A stretch of 64,000 bases of DNA, from NCBI GenBank assembly GCA_038231135.1, contig JBBRLX010000013.1, forward strand, positions 1 through 64,000, written 5' to 3'. Shown one piece after another: positions 19,276 to 29,400 of this stretch. Under the pieces are notes generated by a model that did no database searches, had not been told where the DNA came from, and saw only the letters and a list, made by a program, of their open reading frames with translations. The DNA comes from Candidatus Eiseniibacteriota bacterium. Its GTDB lineage: Bacteria > Eisenbacteria > RBG-16-71-46. The position numbers and the translations under genes are program-made. Position 1 is the first letter of the stretch; every line of letters begins with the position of its first letter.

Positions 19276-20687
19276 CCGACCGAGCCCTCCATCTGGAGCT
19301 GGATCAGGCGGTTCATCTCGACCGCGTATTCCATCGGCAGCTCCTTCACGATCGGCTCGATGAAGCCCGACACGATCATCGCCGCGGCCTCCTCCTTGCC
19401 GATGCCACGGCTCTGCAGGTAGAAGATCTGCTCGTCGCCGATCTTGGACACCGTCGCCTCGTGCCCGATCGAGACCTGGTCCTCTTCGATCTCCATGTAG
19501 GGATACGTATCGGACCGCGATTCCGGATCGAGGATCAGCGCGTCGCAATTGACCGTGCTACGGCTGTTCACCGACCCCTTCGTGACCTTGACGAGCCCGC
19601 GATAGCCCGCGCGCCCACCGTCCTTGCTGATGGACTTCGAGATGATCTTGCTCGTGGTGTTCGGCGCCGCGTGCGTGATCTTGGCGCCCGCGTCCTGATG
19701 CTGATCCTTGCCCGCGAACGCGATCGACAGCACCTCGCCGTGGGCCCCCGGCTCCTTGAGGATGACGGCGGGGTATTTCATCGTGAGCTTGGATCCCAGA
19801 TTCCCGTCGACCCACTCCATGGTGGCGTCTCGATACGCGACGGCACGCTTCGTCACCAGGTTGTAGACGTTGTTCGACCAGTTCTGAATGGTCGTATAAC
19901 GGCACCGGCCGCCACGCTTCACGATGATTTCGACAACCGCGGAATGCAATGAATCACTCGAATATATCGGGGCGGTACAGCCTTCCACGTAATGCACGTA
20001 CGCGCCTTCGTCGACGATGATCAGCGTGCGCTCGAACTGGCCCATGTCGCGGGTGTTGATGCGGAAGTACGCCTGCAGCGGCACGTCGACCTTGACGCCC
20101 TTGGGCACGTAGATGAACGAGCCGCCCGACCACACCGCGGAATTGAGCGCCGCGAACTTGTTGTCGTTGAACGGAATCACGGTGCCGAAGTATTCGCGGA
20201 ACAGCGCCTCGTGCTCCTTGAGCCCGTGATCGCACGACAGGAAGATCACGCCCTGCTGCTCGAGGCTCTCCTTGATCTTGTGGTACACGACCTCGGAGTC
20301 GTACTGGGCGCCCACGCCCGACAGGAACTTCTGCTCCGCCTCGGGAATGCCGAGCTTGTCGAACGTGCGCTTCATGTCGGCGGGCACGTCGTCCCACGAC
20401 TTCACTTCGTCCGACGTCGGCTTGACGTAGTAGTAGATGTCCTGGAAATCGATGTGCGTGAGATCGCCACCCCAGGTGGGCAGCGGCTTCTTCCAGAACG
20501 TCTCGAGCGCCTTCAGCCGGTAGTCGAGCATCCACTGCGGCTCGCCCTTCATGGCCGAGATCTCGGCCACGATCGCGGGATCGAGGCCCTTACGGCTCTT
20601 GAACACGTGCTGCTCTTTGTCGTGGAACCCGAACTTCTCCGCGTATTCGCCGCGAAGGTCGAGCCCGGTGTTGTCGGTCGTGGTCAT
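19272..20687 (-). CDS. sufB: Fe-S cluster assembly protein SufB
   Basis: [29 protein letters not shown]. Confidence 0.97.
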   Translation of the reverse strand: MTTTDNTGLDLRGEYAEKFGFHDKEQHVFKSRKGLDPAIVAEISAMKGEPQWMLDYRLKALETFWKKPLPTWGGDLTHIDFQDIYYYVKPTSDEVKSWDDVPADMKRTFDKLGIPEAEQKFLSGVGAQYDSEVVYHKIKESLEQQGVIFLSCDHGLKEHEALFREYFGTVIPFNDNKFAALNSAVWSGGSFIYVPKGVKVDVPLQAYFRINTRDMGQFERTLIIVDEGAYVHYVEGCTAPIYSSDSLHSAVVEIIVKRGGRCRYTTIQNWSNNVYNLVTKRAVAYRDATMEWVDGNLGSKLTMKYPAVILKEPGAHGEVLSIAFAGKDQHQDAGAKITHAAPNTTSKIISKSISKDGGRAGYRGLVKVTKGSVNSRSTVNCDALILDPESRSDTYPYMEIEEDQVSIGHEATVSKIGDEQIFYLQSRGIGKEEAAAMIVSGFIEPIVKELPMEYAVEMNRLIQLQMEGSVG

Positions 20688-21484
20688 CGTGCCTCCACTT
20701 CGTTCGCGACGCGGACCCAGTCGTAGCCCTTGCCTTCGAGCTCCAGCGCGAGGCCGGGGCCGCCGGACATCGCAATGCGGCCGTCGATCATGACGTGCAC
20801 GAACTGCGGCTTGATGTAGTTGAGGATGCGGTTGTAGTGCGTGATCACGAGCACGCCCAGCTCCGGACCCGCGAGCGTGTTCACGCCCTCCGACACGATC
20901 TTGAGCGCGTCGATGTCGAGTCCGGAATCGGTCTCGTCCATCACCGCGATCTGCGGCTTGAGCAGCGCCATCTGGAGGATCTCCGCGCGCTTCTTCTCGC
21001 CACCCGAGAAGCCGTCGTTCAGGTAGCGGGTCGCGAACGACTCGTCCATGCGGAGCTTCGCCATGCTGTCGCGCAGCAGCGCCCGGAATTCCTTGGGGTT
21101 GATCCCCTTGCGATGCGGCACCGTGCCGTTGCCCTCGTGGCCCGCCTGCAGCCGCGCGTTGAGCGCGGTGCGCAGGAAGTTCGCGACGGTGACGCCCGGG
21201 ATCGCGACCGGATACTGGAACGCCATGAACAGGCCGCGGCGCGAGCGCTCGTCGGGCTCGAGTCCGAGCACGCTGTCACCCTGGAACAGGATGTCGCCGC
21301 CGGTCACCTCGTAGCGCGGATGCCCCATGAGCGTGTTCGCGAACGTGCTCTTGCCCGAGCCGTTCGGCCCCATCAGCGCATGGATCTGGCCCTTGCTCAC
21401 TTCGAGGGACAGCCCCTTGAGGATTTCCTTGCCCTCCACGGCCACATGGAGGTCCCTGACGATCAGATCCGGCGTCGTGCTCAT
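20684..21484 (-). CDS. sufC: Fe-S assembly ATPase SufC
   Basis: [28 protein letters not shown]. Confidence 0.97.
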   Translation of the reverse strand: MSTTPDLIVRDLHVAVEGKEILKGLSLEVSKGQIHALMGPNGSGKSTFANTLMGHPRYEVTGGDILFQGDSVLGLEPDERSRRGLFMAFQYPVAIPGVTVANFLRTALNARLQAGHEGNGTVPHRKGINPKEFRALLRDSMAKLRMDESFATRYLNDGFSGGEKKRAEILQMALLKPQIAVMDETDSGLDIDALKIVSEGVNTLAGPELGVLVITHYNRILNYIKPQFVHVMIDGRIAMSGGPGLALELEGKGYDWVRVANEVEAR

Positions 21485-21581
21485 TCAGATTCCTCGATTC
21501 CGCGATTCGCGGTCGGTTGCGTGTCGATCGGCACCGCGCTCGCGGTGTTCATGCGCCGGGGGCTCCGGCGCGGCAGTTGCA

Positions 21582-21944
21582 TCAGGCGGAGAAGCTCTCT
21601 CCGCAGGCACAGTTGTGACGCACGTTCGGGTTGTTGAACTTGAAGCCCGAGCCCATGAGGCCCGTCACGAAGTCGATCTCGGTGCCCGCGAGCAGCGTCA
21701 TGCTCTTCACGTCCACCACCAGCTTGACGCCATTGCTGTCGACGATCTGATCGCCCTCGGCGCCGCCGTCACAGAACTCCATGAAGTACGAATTGCCGGA
21801 GCAGCCGCCGCCGCGCACCCCGATGCGGAGAGCCTGTTCGGGGGTTCCGCGCTGCGTGAGCAGCTCTTTTACCTTGTCCGCCGCGGCCAGCGACATCGTG
21901 ACGCCGGTCCGGATGGGATTCTGATTCATGATCGGAAGAGTCAT
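21582..21944 (-). CDS. sufA: A-type Fe-S carrier (IscA/SufA/HesB)
   Basis: GGGCSG...NPN...CACGESF. Confidence 0.93.
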   Translation of the reverse strand: MTLPIMNQNPIRTGVTMSLAAADKVKELLTQRGTPEQALRIGVRGGGCSGNSYFMEFCDGGAEGDQIVDSNGVKLVVDVKSMTLLAGTEIDFVTGLMGSGFKFNNPNVRHNCACGESFSA

Positions 21945-21963
21945 GGCGCTCGTGGGTCCTCGT

Positions 21964-22518
21964 CTATGGGTCGGTTCGGGTGTGAATGTCTTCGATGCGA
22001 ATCATCGCCCGCGCGGCCGGGCGTTGCGGCGACGACGTGAGACCGGCGACCAGCGCCGGCTCCTGATCCACGCCGTGATCGAATGAACAATGGACGCAGC
22101 CCAGGACGTCGTCCGGGGAGTCGCAGCGACGGCACGTTTCGAGCCACGCCAGCCCCTCGCCCAGCTCGCGCTCAAGCTGCTGATATTTTCGAATCGACTC
22201 GCGCGTGTCCCCGAGCTTGCGCTCGAACAACGCGCGCAAATCGTTCATCGCCTCGGTGCCGATGCCGGATCCCCACCACGCCTGCAGCAGCTCACGCATG
22301 TCCTGCAGCGAGAACCCCAGCGTGTGGAGCAGGTCGATCCAGCGCACCCGGTCGGCCGCCGCGGGCTCGTACAGCCGGAACCCGCCGCTCGACCGGGTCG
22401 CCGGCTGCAGCAGACCCAGCTCCTCGTAGAGATGGATCGCCCGGACCGTCTTACCGGTCTGGCGGGCCAGGTCTCCGATGCGCAGCAACTGAGGATGTTG
22501 GATCACCGGCGCTCCCAT
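21964..22518 (-). CDS. MerR-family regulator with C-terminal CxxC-x8-CxxC
   Basis: RIGDLARQTGKTVRAIHLYEELGLL...GFRLY; tail CRRCDSPDDVLGCVHC. Confidence 0.9.
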   Translation of the reverse strand: MGAPVIQHPQLLRIGDLARQTGKTVRAIHLYEELGLLQPATRSSGGFRLYEPAAADRVRWIDLLHTLGFSLQDMRELLQAWWGSGIGTEAMNDLRALFERKLGDTRESIRKYQQLERELGEGLAWLETCRRCDSPDDVLGCVHCSFDHGVDQEPALVAGLTSSPQRPAARAMIRIEDIHTRTDP

Positions 22519-22525
22519 CGAGGCC

Positions 22526-22585
22526 AACCCTTACGTACACGTTAGATTCACACTGGAACGTACCGCGCCACGGTGAGTTCGTCAA
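22526..22585 (-). promoter_or_regulatory. Sigma70-like promoter of the merR-suf operon plus downstream dyad
   Basis: TTGACG (22585-22580), 17 nt, TACGTT (22562-22557); imperfect dyad CCTTACGTACACGTTAG at ~22529-22545. Confidence 0.55.
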
Positions 22586-23131
22586 TTACAGCATTCCAGT
22601 GCATGACAATTGCCTGACGTCAAGCCGGTTGGTGTGGCTGGCGGTGGATCTCATGATGCGCCCGCCGGCGGAGCGCGATCACCGATGGGCGACTCCTCCC
22701 GGGTCGTGAATTTTTTTCTGGCCCCGTTTTCCATGTGGACTTTCTGTCGCATGTCGGCTGCCGGTGCGATCGGCGAAAACCCTCCCCGCCCCACTCGACC
22801 ATGCGACGCAACGGACGTGATCGCAATGCGTCATGCCGAATCGTCGTGGCCATCCACGCCGTCGTGGGGCCGCCGATTCCGGCGAACGGGACCGGGTTGA
22901 AATGACCTGATTCTGTGATCCGGAAACATTGCGCTTTGCGTTGCGTGGGTTAGTTCCCGCTAAAGGCAAGTTGCAACGCCTCCGATATCCCGTTTCAGAA
23001 ATCACCCTGGTGACCGGCCGCGAGGCCGGAGCGATGCGGCGCGTGACCACGCCGGCGCACCGCCATCAGGCAAGGCGGCGGCGCGGATGACCCACGCCGC
23101 CGCGGACCACGGGATACGGGAGGACACGGAA

Positions 23132-23641
23132 ATGCATGACTCGAGGAACAGGTGGCTCACCGCGCTGCTCGCGATCGCGATCGCGACTCCGGTCGCGTCC
23201 GCCGCGCGCGCGGACGTGCAGGTCAACCTCACGGCGCAGCGCGTCGTCCACGACACCCAGGGCCACGACGTGCTGGTGGCCGGCGATCAGGCCCGTCCGG
23301 GCGAGTTGCTCGAATACCGCGCGGTGTATCGCAACACCGGCTCGCGGAACGTGCAGAAGTTGATGGCGACGCTGCCCATTCCGCAGGGCATGGAATACGT
23401 CCCGAGCACGGCCGCGCCCGCCCTGGTGCTGGCGAGCACCGACGGCCGGAAGTTCGAGCCGGTTCCGTTGCAGCGCAAGGTCCGGCTCACCGACGGGCGT
23501 GAGGTCATGCGCGACGTGCCGGCCGGCGAATACCGCTGGCTGCGCTGGCCGATCGGCACGCTGCCCGGTCGCGGCGAGCGCCTGGTGCAGGCGCGCGTGC
23601 GGGTGTCCTCGCTGGTCGCCGTCTCGAATTCACGCCACTGA
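23132..23641 (+). CDS. Secreted single DUF11-like protein lacking the isopeptide Lys/Asp (putative chaperone)
   Basis: GGAGGA RBS; signal peptide ending ARA; ARPGELLEYRAVYRNTG...LPIPQGMEYVP...VQARVRV. Confidence 0.8.
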   Translation: MHDSRNRWLTALLAIAIATPVASAARADVQVNLTAQRVVHDTQGHDVLVAGDQARPGELLEYRAVYRNTGSRNVQKLMATLPIPQGMEYVPSTAAPALVLASTDGRKFEPVPLQRKVRLTDGREVMRDVPAGEYRWLRWPIGTLPGRGERLVQARVRVSSLVAVSNSRH

Positions 23642-23769
23642 TTCCTACGTGTCCCGGCGCCGCGACTCCGGTCGCGATGGCGCCTCGAAAACGCATTTCC
23701 GCGCGCTTCCCCGGCGTGGCCGTCCACGGCTCAACGTTCGTCCCTCGCATTGAATCGGAGTGCCCCACC

Positions 23770-26379
23770 ATGATCGGTGTTCATCCTGTTCCCGGCCGCC
23801 GCACGTCGCGCATCCTGTGCGCGGCGCTGCTCGGCGGCTCCCTGCTGCTCGCGACACTCGCGGGCGTCCGCTCCGCCATCGCGGCCCCGGCCGCCGGCAC
23901 GCCGATCGGCAACCAGGCCTCGGCGTCCTACCTCGACGCTTCGTCCACGAGTCGCACGGCGACGTCCAATCTCGTGACCACGATCGTGCAGCAGGTCGCG
24001 AGCTTCACGCTGAACGCCAACGGCAACCGCATCGCGGCGCCGGGCGGCCAGGTGGTGTTCCCGCACTCCCTCACCAACACCGGCAACGGCACGGATACGT
24101 TCCCGCTGTCGCTGACGAATCTCGGCGGCGACAACTTCGACCTCACCGGGCTCACGATCTACCCGGACGCGAACGGCGACGGCGTGCCCGACAACTACAC
24201 CGCGATCAACACGACCGGGCCCCTCGTGGCCGGCGACGTGTTCCAGTTCGTGGTCGTGGGCAACGTGCCCGGCACGCAGATCGGCGGTGACATCTCGCGC
24301 GTGCGCGTGAACGCCGCGAGCGCGTTCGATGGCGCTCAGACCTCGACGAACACCGACGTCACCACGGTGTCCGGCAACGCGGTGATCAGCGTCACCAAGT
24401 CGATCAGCCAGCCCGCCGGCAACTCGCCCAGCGGTCCCTATACCTACACGCTGTCCTACACGAACTCCGGCAACAACGCCGCCACGGCCCTCAAGCTGTC
24501 GGACGCGATTCCCGCCGGCATGACGTATGTCGCGGGCAGCGCGCGGTGGAGCGTGACCGGCGCCGCGGTGCTCACGGACGCGAGCAACGTGGACGCGCAG
24601 GGTGTCGTCCCGAACACCGTGGTCTACGACTTCGGCGTCACCGCGGGCGGGACCATGACCGCCACGATCAACACGGTGCCCGCCGGCGGGAACGCCACGC
24701 TGACGTTCAACGTCAACGTGAACGCGGGCCTCGGGCCGCAGACGATCAACAACAGCTCCACCTACTCGTACAACGATGGCGCAGGCAACGTGGGTCCGTT
24801 CACGACGAACCTGGCGCCGTTCGACATCAACCAGAGCGTGTCGCTCACGTTCACCGGCCAGACGATCGCGGCGGCGGTGCAGGGCGCGACGCTCACGTAC
24901 ACGAACACGGTCACGAACACCGGCAACGGTTCCGACCGGTTCGACATCACGTTCGGCACGAACACGTTCCCGGCCGGCACGAACATGACGCTGTACCAGA
25001 GCGACGGCGTCACGCCGCTCTCGGACTCGAACGGCAACGGCACGCCGGACACCGGTCCGCTCGCGGCCGGTGGCACGTACGCCATCGTGCTCAAGGCCAT
25101 GCTGCCGCCGTCGGCCACCGGCGGTCCCTACTCGGTGCAGAAGATCGCGACGTCGGTGTCGGATCCGTCGCGCACCGCCACGGCCACCGACGTGCTGACT
25201 ACGATCACGGCGAACGCGGTCGACGTCACGAACAACTCGGTCGGCGGTCCCGGCGTGGGCGCCGGCCCCGAAGCCTCCGCGGTCGTGACGCTGCCTATCC
25301 TGCCCGGCAACACCGGGCGGTTCACGCTGTTCGTCACGAACAACGCGACGCTCGCGGACAACTTCGACATGGCGGCGAGCACCGACCCGACGTTCGCGTC
25401 GGTCACGCTGCCCGCCGGCTGGGGTGTGACGTTCCGCAACGTGGTGAACGCGGTGATTACGAACTCGGGCAACGTCGGCGCCACGAACAGCGTGCAGGTG
25501 TTCGCCGACGTGACGGTGCCGGCGGGCTACGTGGCGGGCACGGTGGACCTGTACTTCCGCGCGCGCTCGCCCGTGTCGCTCGCCACCGACCGGCTCCACG
25601 ACGCCGTGAGCGTCACGGCGCAGCGCGGCCTGACGCTGGTGCCGAACGGCAACGGCCAGGTCACGCCGGGCGGCGTGACGACCTACACCCACATCCTGGC
25701 GAACACCGGCAACGTGGTGGAGGGCGCGGGCACCGGCAGCGTCGTCGCGCTCACGATGACGAATTCGCAGGGGGCGTGGGGATCGGCACTGTACGTCGAC
25801 TCCAACAACAACGGCTCGTTCGACGCGGGTGACGCGGCGATCTCCGATCTCGGCACGCTCGGCGGCATCGCGCCGGGGGCCAGCCTGCGACTGTTCGTGC
25901 GGGTGTTCTCGCCGGCCGGAGCCCCGATCGGCCAGACCGATCTCACCACGCTGACCGCGACGACCACGAACGGCACGTACATCACCTCGGTGCCGCCGGT
26001 GGTGCAGGCGACCGACCAGACCACGGTGCTGAACGGCCAGCTGTCGATCGTGAAGCAGCAGGTGCTCGACGCCAACTGCGACGGCGTTCCCGACGGCGCG
26101 TACGGCGGCGGCAACATCACGGCCGGCGCCAACCCCGGCGTGTGCCTGCGATATCAGATCGTGGTCACCAACGTCGGCACCGCGTCGGTGACGAACGTGG
26201 TGGTGGACGACGCCACTCCGGCCGGCACGAAGTATTCGAGCGCGGTCGCGGCGTCCGTCACGCAGGGGTCGATCGTGACCCCGGCGAACGGCGCGGCGGG
26301 ATCGGTGGTGGCCACCATCGGCACCATCGCCCCCAACCAGTCGGTGACGATCACGTTCGGCATCCGGATCGACCCGTAG
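23770..26379 (+). CDS. Secreted multi-Ig DUF11 protein (putative major filament subunit)
   Basis: Signal peptide; N-terminal GTPIGNQA segment; repeated TNTGNxxDxF Ig modules; one complete and one C-terminally truncated DUF11. Confidence 0.85.
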   Translation: MIGVHPVPGRRTSRILCAALLGGSLLLATLAGVRSAIAAPAAGTPIGNQASASYLDASSTSRTATSNLVTTIVQQVASFTLNANGNRIAAPGGQVVFPHSLTNTGNGTDTFPLSLTNLGGDNFDLTGLTIYPDANGDGVPDNYTAINTTGPLVAGDVFQFVVVGNVPGTQIGGDISRVRVNAASAFDGAQTSTNTDVTTVSGNAVISVTKSISQPAGNSPSGPYTYTLSYTNSGNNAATALKLSDAIPAGMTYVAGSARWSVTGAAVLTDASNVDAQGVVPNTVVYDFGVTAGGTMTATINTVPAGGNATLTFNVNVNAGLGPQTINNSSTYSYNDGAGNVGPFTTNLAPFDINQSVSLTFTGQTIAAAVQGATLTYTNTVTNTGNGSDRFDITFGTNTFPAGTNMTLYQSDGVTPLSDSNGNGTPDTGPLAAGGTYAIVLKAMLPPSATGGPYSVQKIATSVSDPSRTATATDVLTTITANAVDVTNNSVGGPGVGAGPEASAVVTLPILPGNTGRFTLFVTNNATLADNFDMAASTDPTFASVTLPAGWGVTFRNVVNAVITNSGNVGATNSVQVFADVTVPAGYVAGTVDLYFRARSPVSLATDRLHDAVSVTAQRGLTLVPNGNGQVTPGGVTTYTHILANTGNVVEGAGTGSVVALTMTNSQGAWGSALYVDSNNNGSFDAGDAAISDLGTLGGIAPGASLRLFVRVFSPAGAPIGQTDLTTLTATTTNGTYITSVPPVVQATDQTTVLNGQLSIVKQQVLDANCDGVPDGAYGGGNITAGANPGVCLRYQIVVTNVGTASVTNVVVDDATPAGTKYSSAVAASVTQGSIVTPANGAAGSVVATIGTIAPNQSVTITFGIRIDP

Positions 26380-26459
26380 CACCGGGCCGGTCTTCATCCT
26401 TCCGCTCCGCGGCGCCATCCTTAGCGATGCGCGCCGCGGAGCACGGGTGTTCGTCCGCC

Positions 26460-29400
26460 ATGCAGATGATCGAAGCGCGTTCCGGGTGCCGGTTCCGTCT
26501 CCCCGCCTGGTTCGCGGTGGTGGCGGGCTTCGCCATGGGCGCTCTGAGTGAGGTCGCGGCGCCACCGGCGATTGCGGGCGCGCCGCCCGGCACGCCGATC
26601 GACAACGTGGCCTCCGGGACCGGCATCGACAGCGCGACGCTCGAGCCGATCGAGGTGCGATCGAACCTGGTGCGGGCGATCGTCGGCACGTCGCAGGCCA
26701 TCGTGCTCGACGGCAGCGACACTCGAACGGCGCCGCCCGGCGCGCACCTCACATTCGCCCATCACGTGGCCAACCTCGGCAACGTCGCGACCACGGTGCG
26801 ATTCAGCTGTGCGACGGGGGCCGGCAGCGACTTCACGCTCGCGAACCCGGCGCTGCTCGTGGACGTGAACGGCGACGGCATCGCCGGGCCCGGCGAACCC
26901 GTGCTCGCGAGCGGCGATTCGCTGACGCTCGGCCCCGGCGAGGCCGCCGAGCTCGTCGCGCAATGCGACGTGCCCGCGGCCGCGGCCGGTTCGAGTCGCG
27001 CCATGCTCGAGGTCGGCGCGTCGCCCACGTTCGGCGGCCCCGTCCTCACGGCCACGGACACCGTGCTCACGCCGCCGCCGCCCACGATCGCGTTCTACGG
27101 CGACGGTTCGTTCGCCGCGCCGATCCGGGTGTCGTCCGCCAACCGCCCGCTGTATCTGCAGGCGGTGGCGCCGGGCTGCGACCTGCGCCCCGGCGTGCGC
27201 GACACGCTGCAGCTCGCGATCCGCTCCGTCCTCACCGGCGACGTGCAGAACTTCCGCGCGATCGAGACCGCGGCCAACTCGGGCGTGTTCCGCGTGGAGC
27301 CGTACGTCGCCACCGCGCTGGTGGGCGCGCTCGCGACGACTTCGCCGGGAGTGCTCCAGGTGCGCCCCGACGACGAAGTCGTCGCCACGCTCGACGGCTG
27401 CGGCGGAACGCAGGTCGAGGCGCGGGTATTCATCGAGCCGCGCGGCGTGGTGTTCGACGCGGCGAACGGCTATCCGGTGGCGGGAGCGCGCGTGGCGCTG
27501 ATCGACGTCACCGGCGCCGCCAACGGCGGCGACGCCGGCGGCCCCGCGCGCGTGTTCCTGGCGGACGGCGTCACTCCCGCGCCCGCGGACGTGCTCACCG
27601 ACGCCTCGGGCCGCTACCACTTCGAATGGGTCGCCGCGAGCACGTATCGCGTCGACATCGCGGTCCCCACCGGCTTCGGGTTCCCGAGCGCGCTCGCGCC
27701 GGGTGCGGTCGCGCCCGGCTACGTGATCGACGCCGACGGCTCCTACGGCCGGCCCTTCACGATCGCCGCGGGCGGCGGTCCGGTGCGGTTCGACCTGCCG
27801 CTCGACGCGCTGGGCACCGCCACGATGTTCGTGGAGAAGTCCGCTGGCCGGCCGTTCGCGGAGCCGGGCGACGCCGTGGACTACACCGTGCGGATCGTGA
27901 ACGCCTCGACGCGCGCGATCACCGCGGCGCGACTGGACGACGCGCTGCCGCCGGGGTTCGCCTACGTGCCGGGCACGGCGCGCCTCGACACCCGCGCCCT
28001 CGCCGACCCCTCCCCCGGCGCGCGCGTGTCGTTCGCGCTCGGCACGCTCGCGCCGAACGCGACGGTCGAGTTGCGCTACCGCGCGCGGATCGGCGCCGGC
28101 GCGGCCCCCGGCGATGCGTGGAACCGCGCCGTCGCGTCGGGCGACGGCGCGTCGTCCAACGTCGCTGCGGCGAAGGTGACGGTGACGGGCGGGGTGTTCG
28201 CCGACGAGGCGGCGCTGCTGGGCACGGTGTACGTCGACCGGAACGGCGACCGCCGGCGCGGATCCGACGACCCCGGCATGCCGGGCGTGCGGCTGTATCT
28301 CGACGACGGCACGTTCGCGATCAGCGACGGCGCGGGCCAGTACAGCTTCTACGGCATCACGCCCCGCACGCACGCGCTGCAGGTCGATGCGACCACGCTG
28401 CCGCCGGGCGCCCGGCTGCTCGCCACGTCGCACCGCGACGCCGGCAGTCCCGGATCGCGCCTGGTGGCGCTTCAGCGCGGCGATCTGGTGCGCGCGGACT
28501 TCGCGCTCGCCGCGGATTCCGTCACGCGCGAGGCGCCGGCCGAACGGCGCCGGCTCATCGCAGGCGACGACGAGCTCGGCCGCGGGGTGCACCGGCCGCT
28601 CGACACCCACGACGATCCGGCGCTGCCCGGCGACCCGCGTTCGCGGCCGCCGGCGGGACTCGTGGACGAGGGCCGCCGCATGCCGCTGTTCGGCCCGGCC
28701 GCGCGCCAGCAGGGTGCGAACCTGCCGGGCGACGCCGCGCCCATCGTGGCGCCGGCGGCATCACCGGCGCCGCCGCCCACGGCACAGCAGCCGGATCCCA
28801 GGGAATCGACTTCGATCGGTGATGCCGGAGCACCGCCGCGCGGGATGGACGGCGGAGCGCAGGACATCGTCGAACGCTCGCTCGCCACCGACGTCGGCAC
28901 CGGATTCATCGGCCTCGCCGACGGCGACACGCTGGACGTGGATCAGATCACGGTGCGGGTGCGCGGGCGGCAGGATCACGCGCTCGAGCTGAGCGTGAAC
29001 CACGTGGCGATCCCCGCCACCCGGGTGGGACGCCGCGTGACGCTCGAGCGCCGCGGAGCCGAGGCGTGGGAATACGTGGGCGTGAACCTCGCGCCGGGCC
29101 CGAACCTGCTCGAGTTGACCGAGCGTGACGCCGGGGGCGCCGCGACCGGGCACGCCGCCATCACGGTGCTCGCGCCCGGGCACTTCGAGCGCATCGAGCT
29201 GCTGGCGCCGGCCACCGTCGCGGCCGACGGACACTCGGATGCCGTGGTGCGGTGCGCACGCTCGACGCGCATGGGGTGCCCGCGGCCTGCCGCTCGATCG
29301 TGACGCTCGAGACCACCCGCGGCCAGTGGCACACGACCGATCTCGATCCCGCGTCTCCGGGGCTGCAGATCGCCGTGGTGGGCGGCACCGCCGAGGCGCG

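Noticed and set aside
19272..20687. Intein in sufB
   Set aside because: The protein is a normal 471 aa and EGCTAP is contiguous.
22600..23130. Riboswitch (e.g. c-di-GMP) or sigma54 promoter upstream of the DUF11 operon
   Set aside because: No GEMM consensus or correctly spaced GG-N10-GC element recognised by eye; an Rfam scan would settle it.
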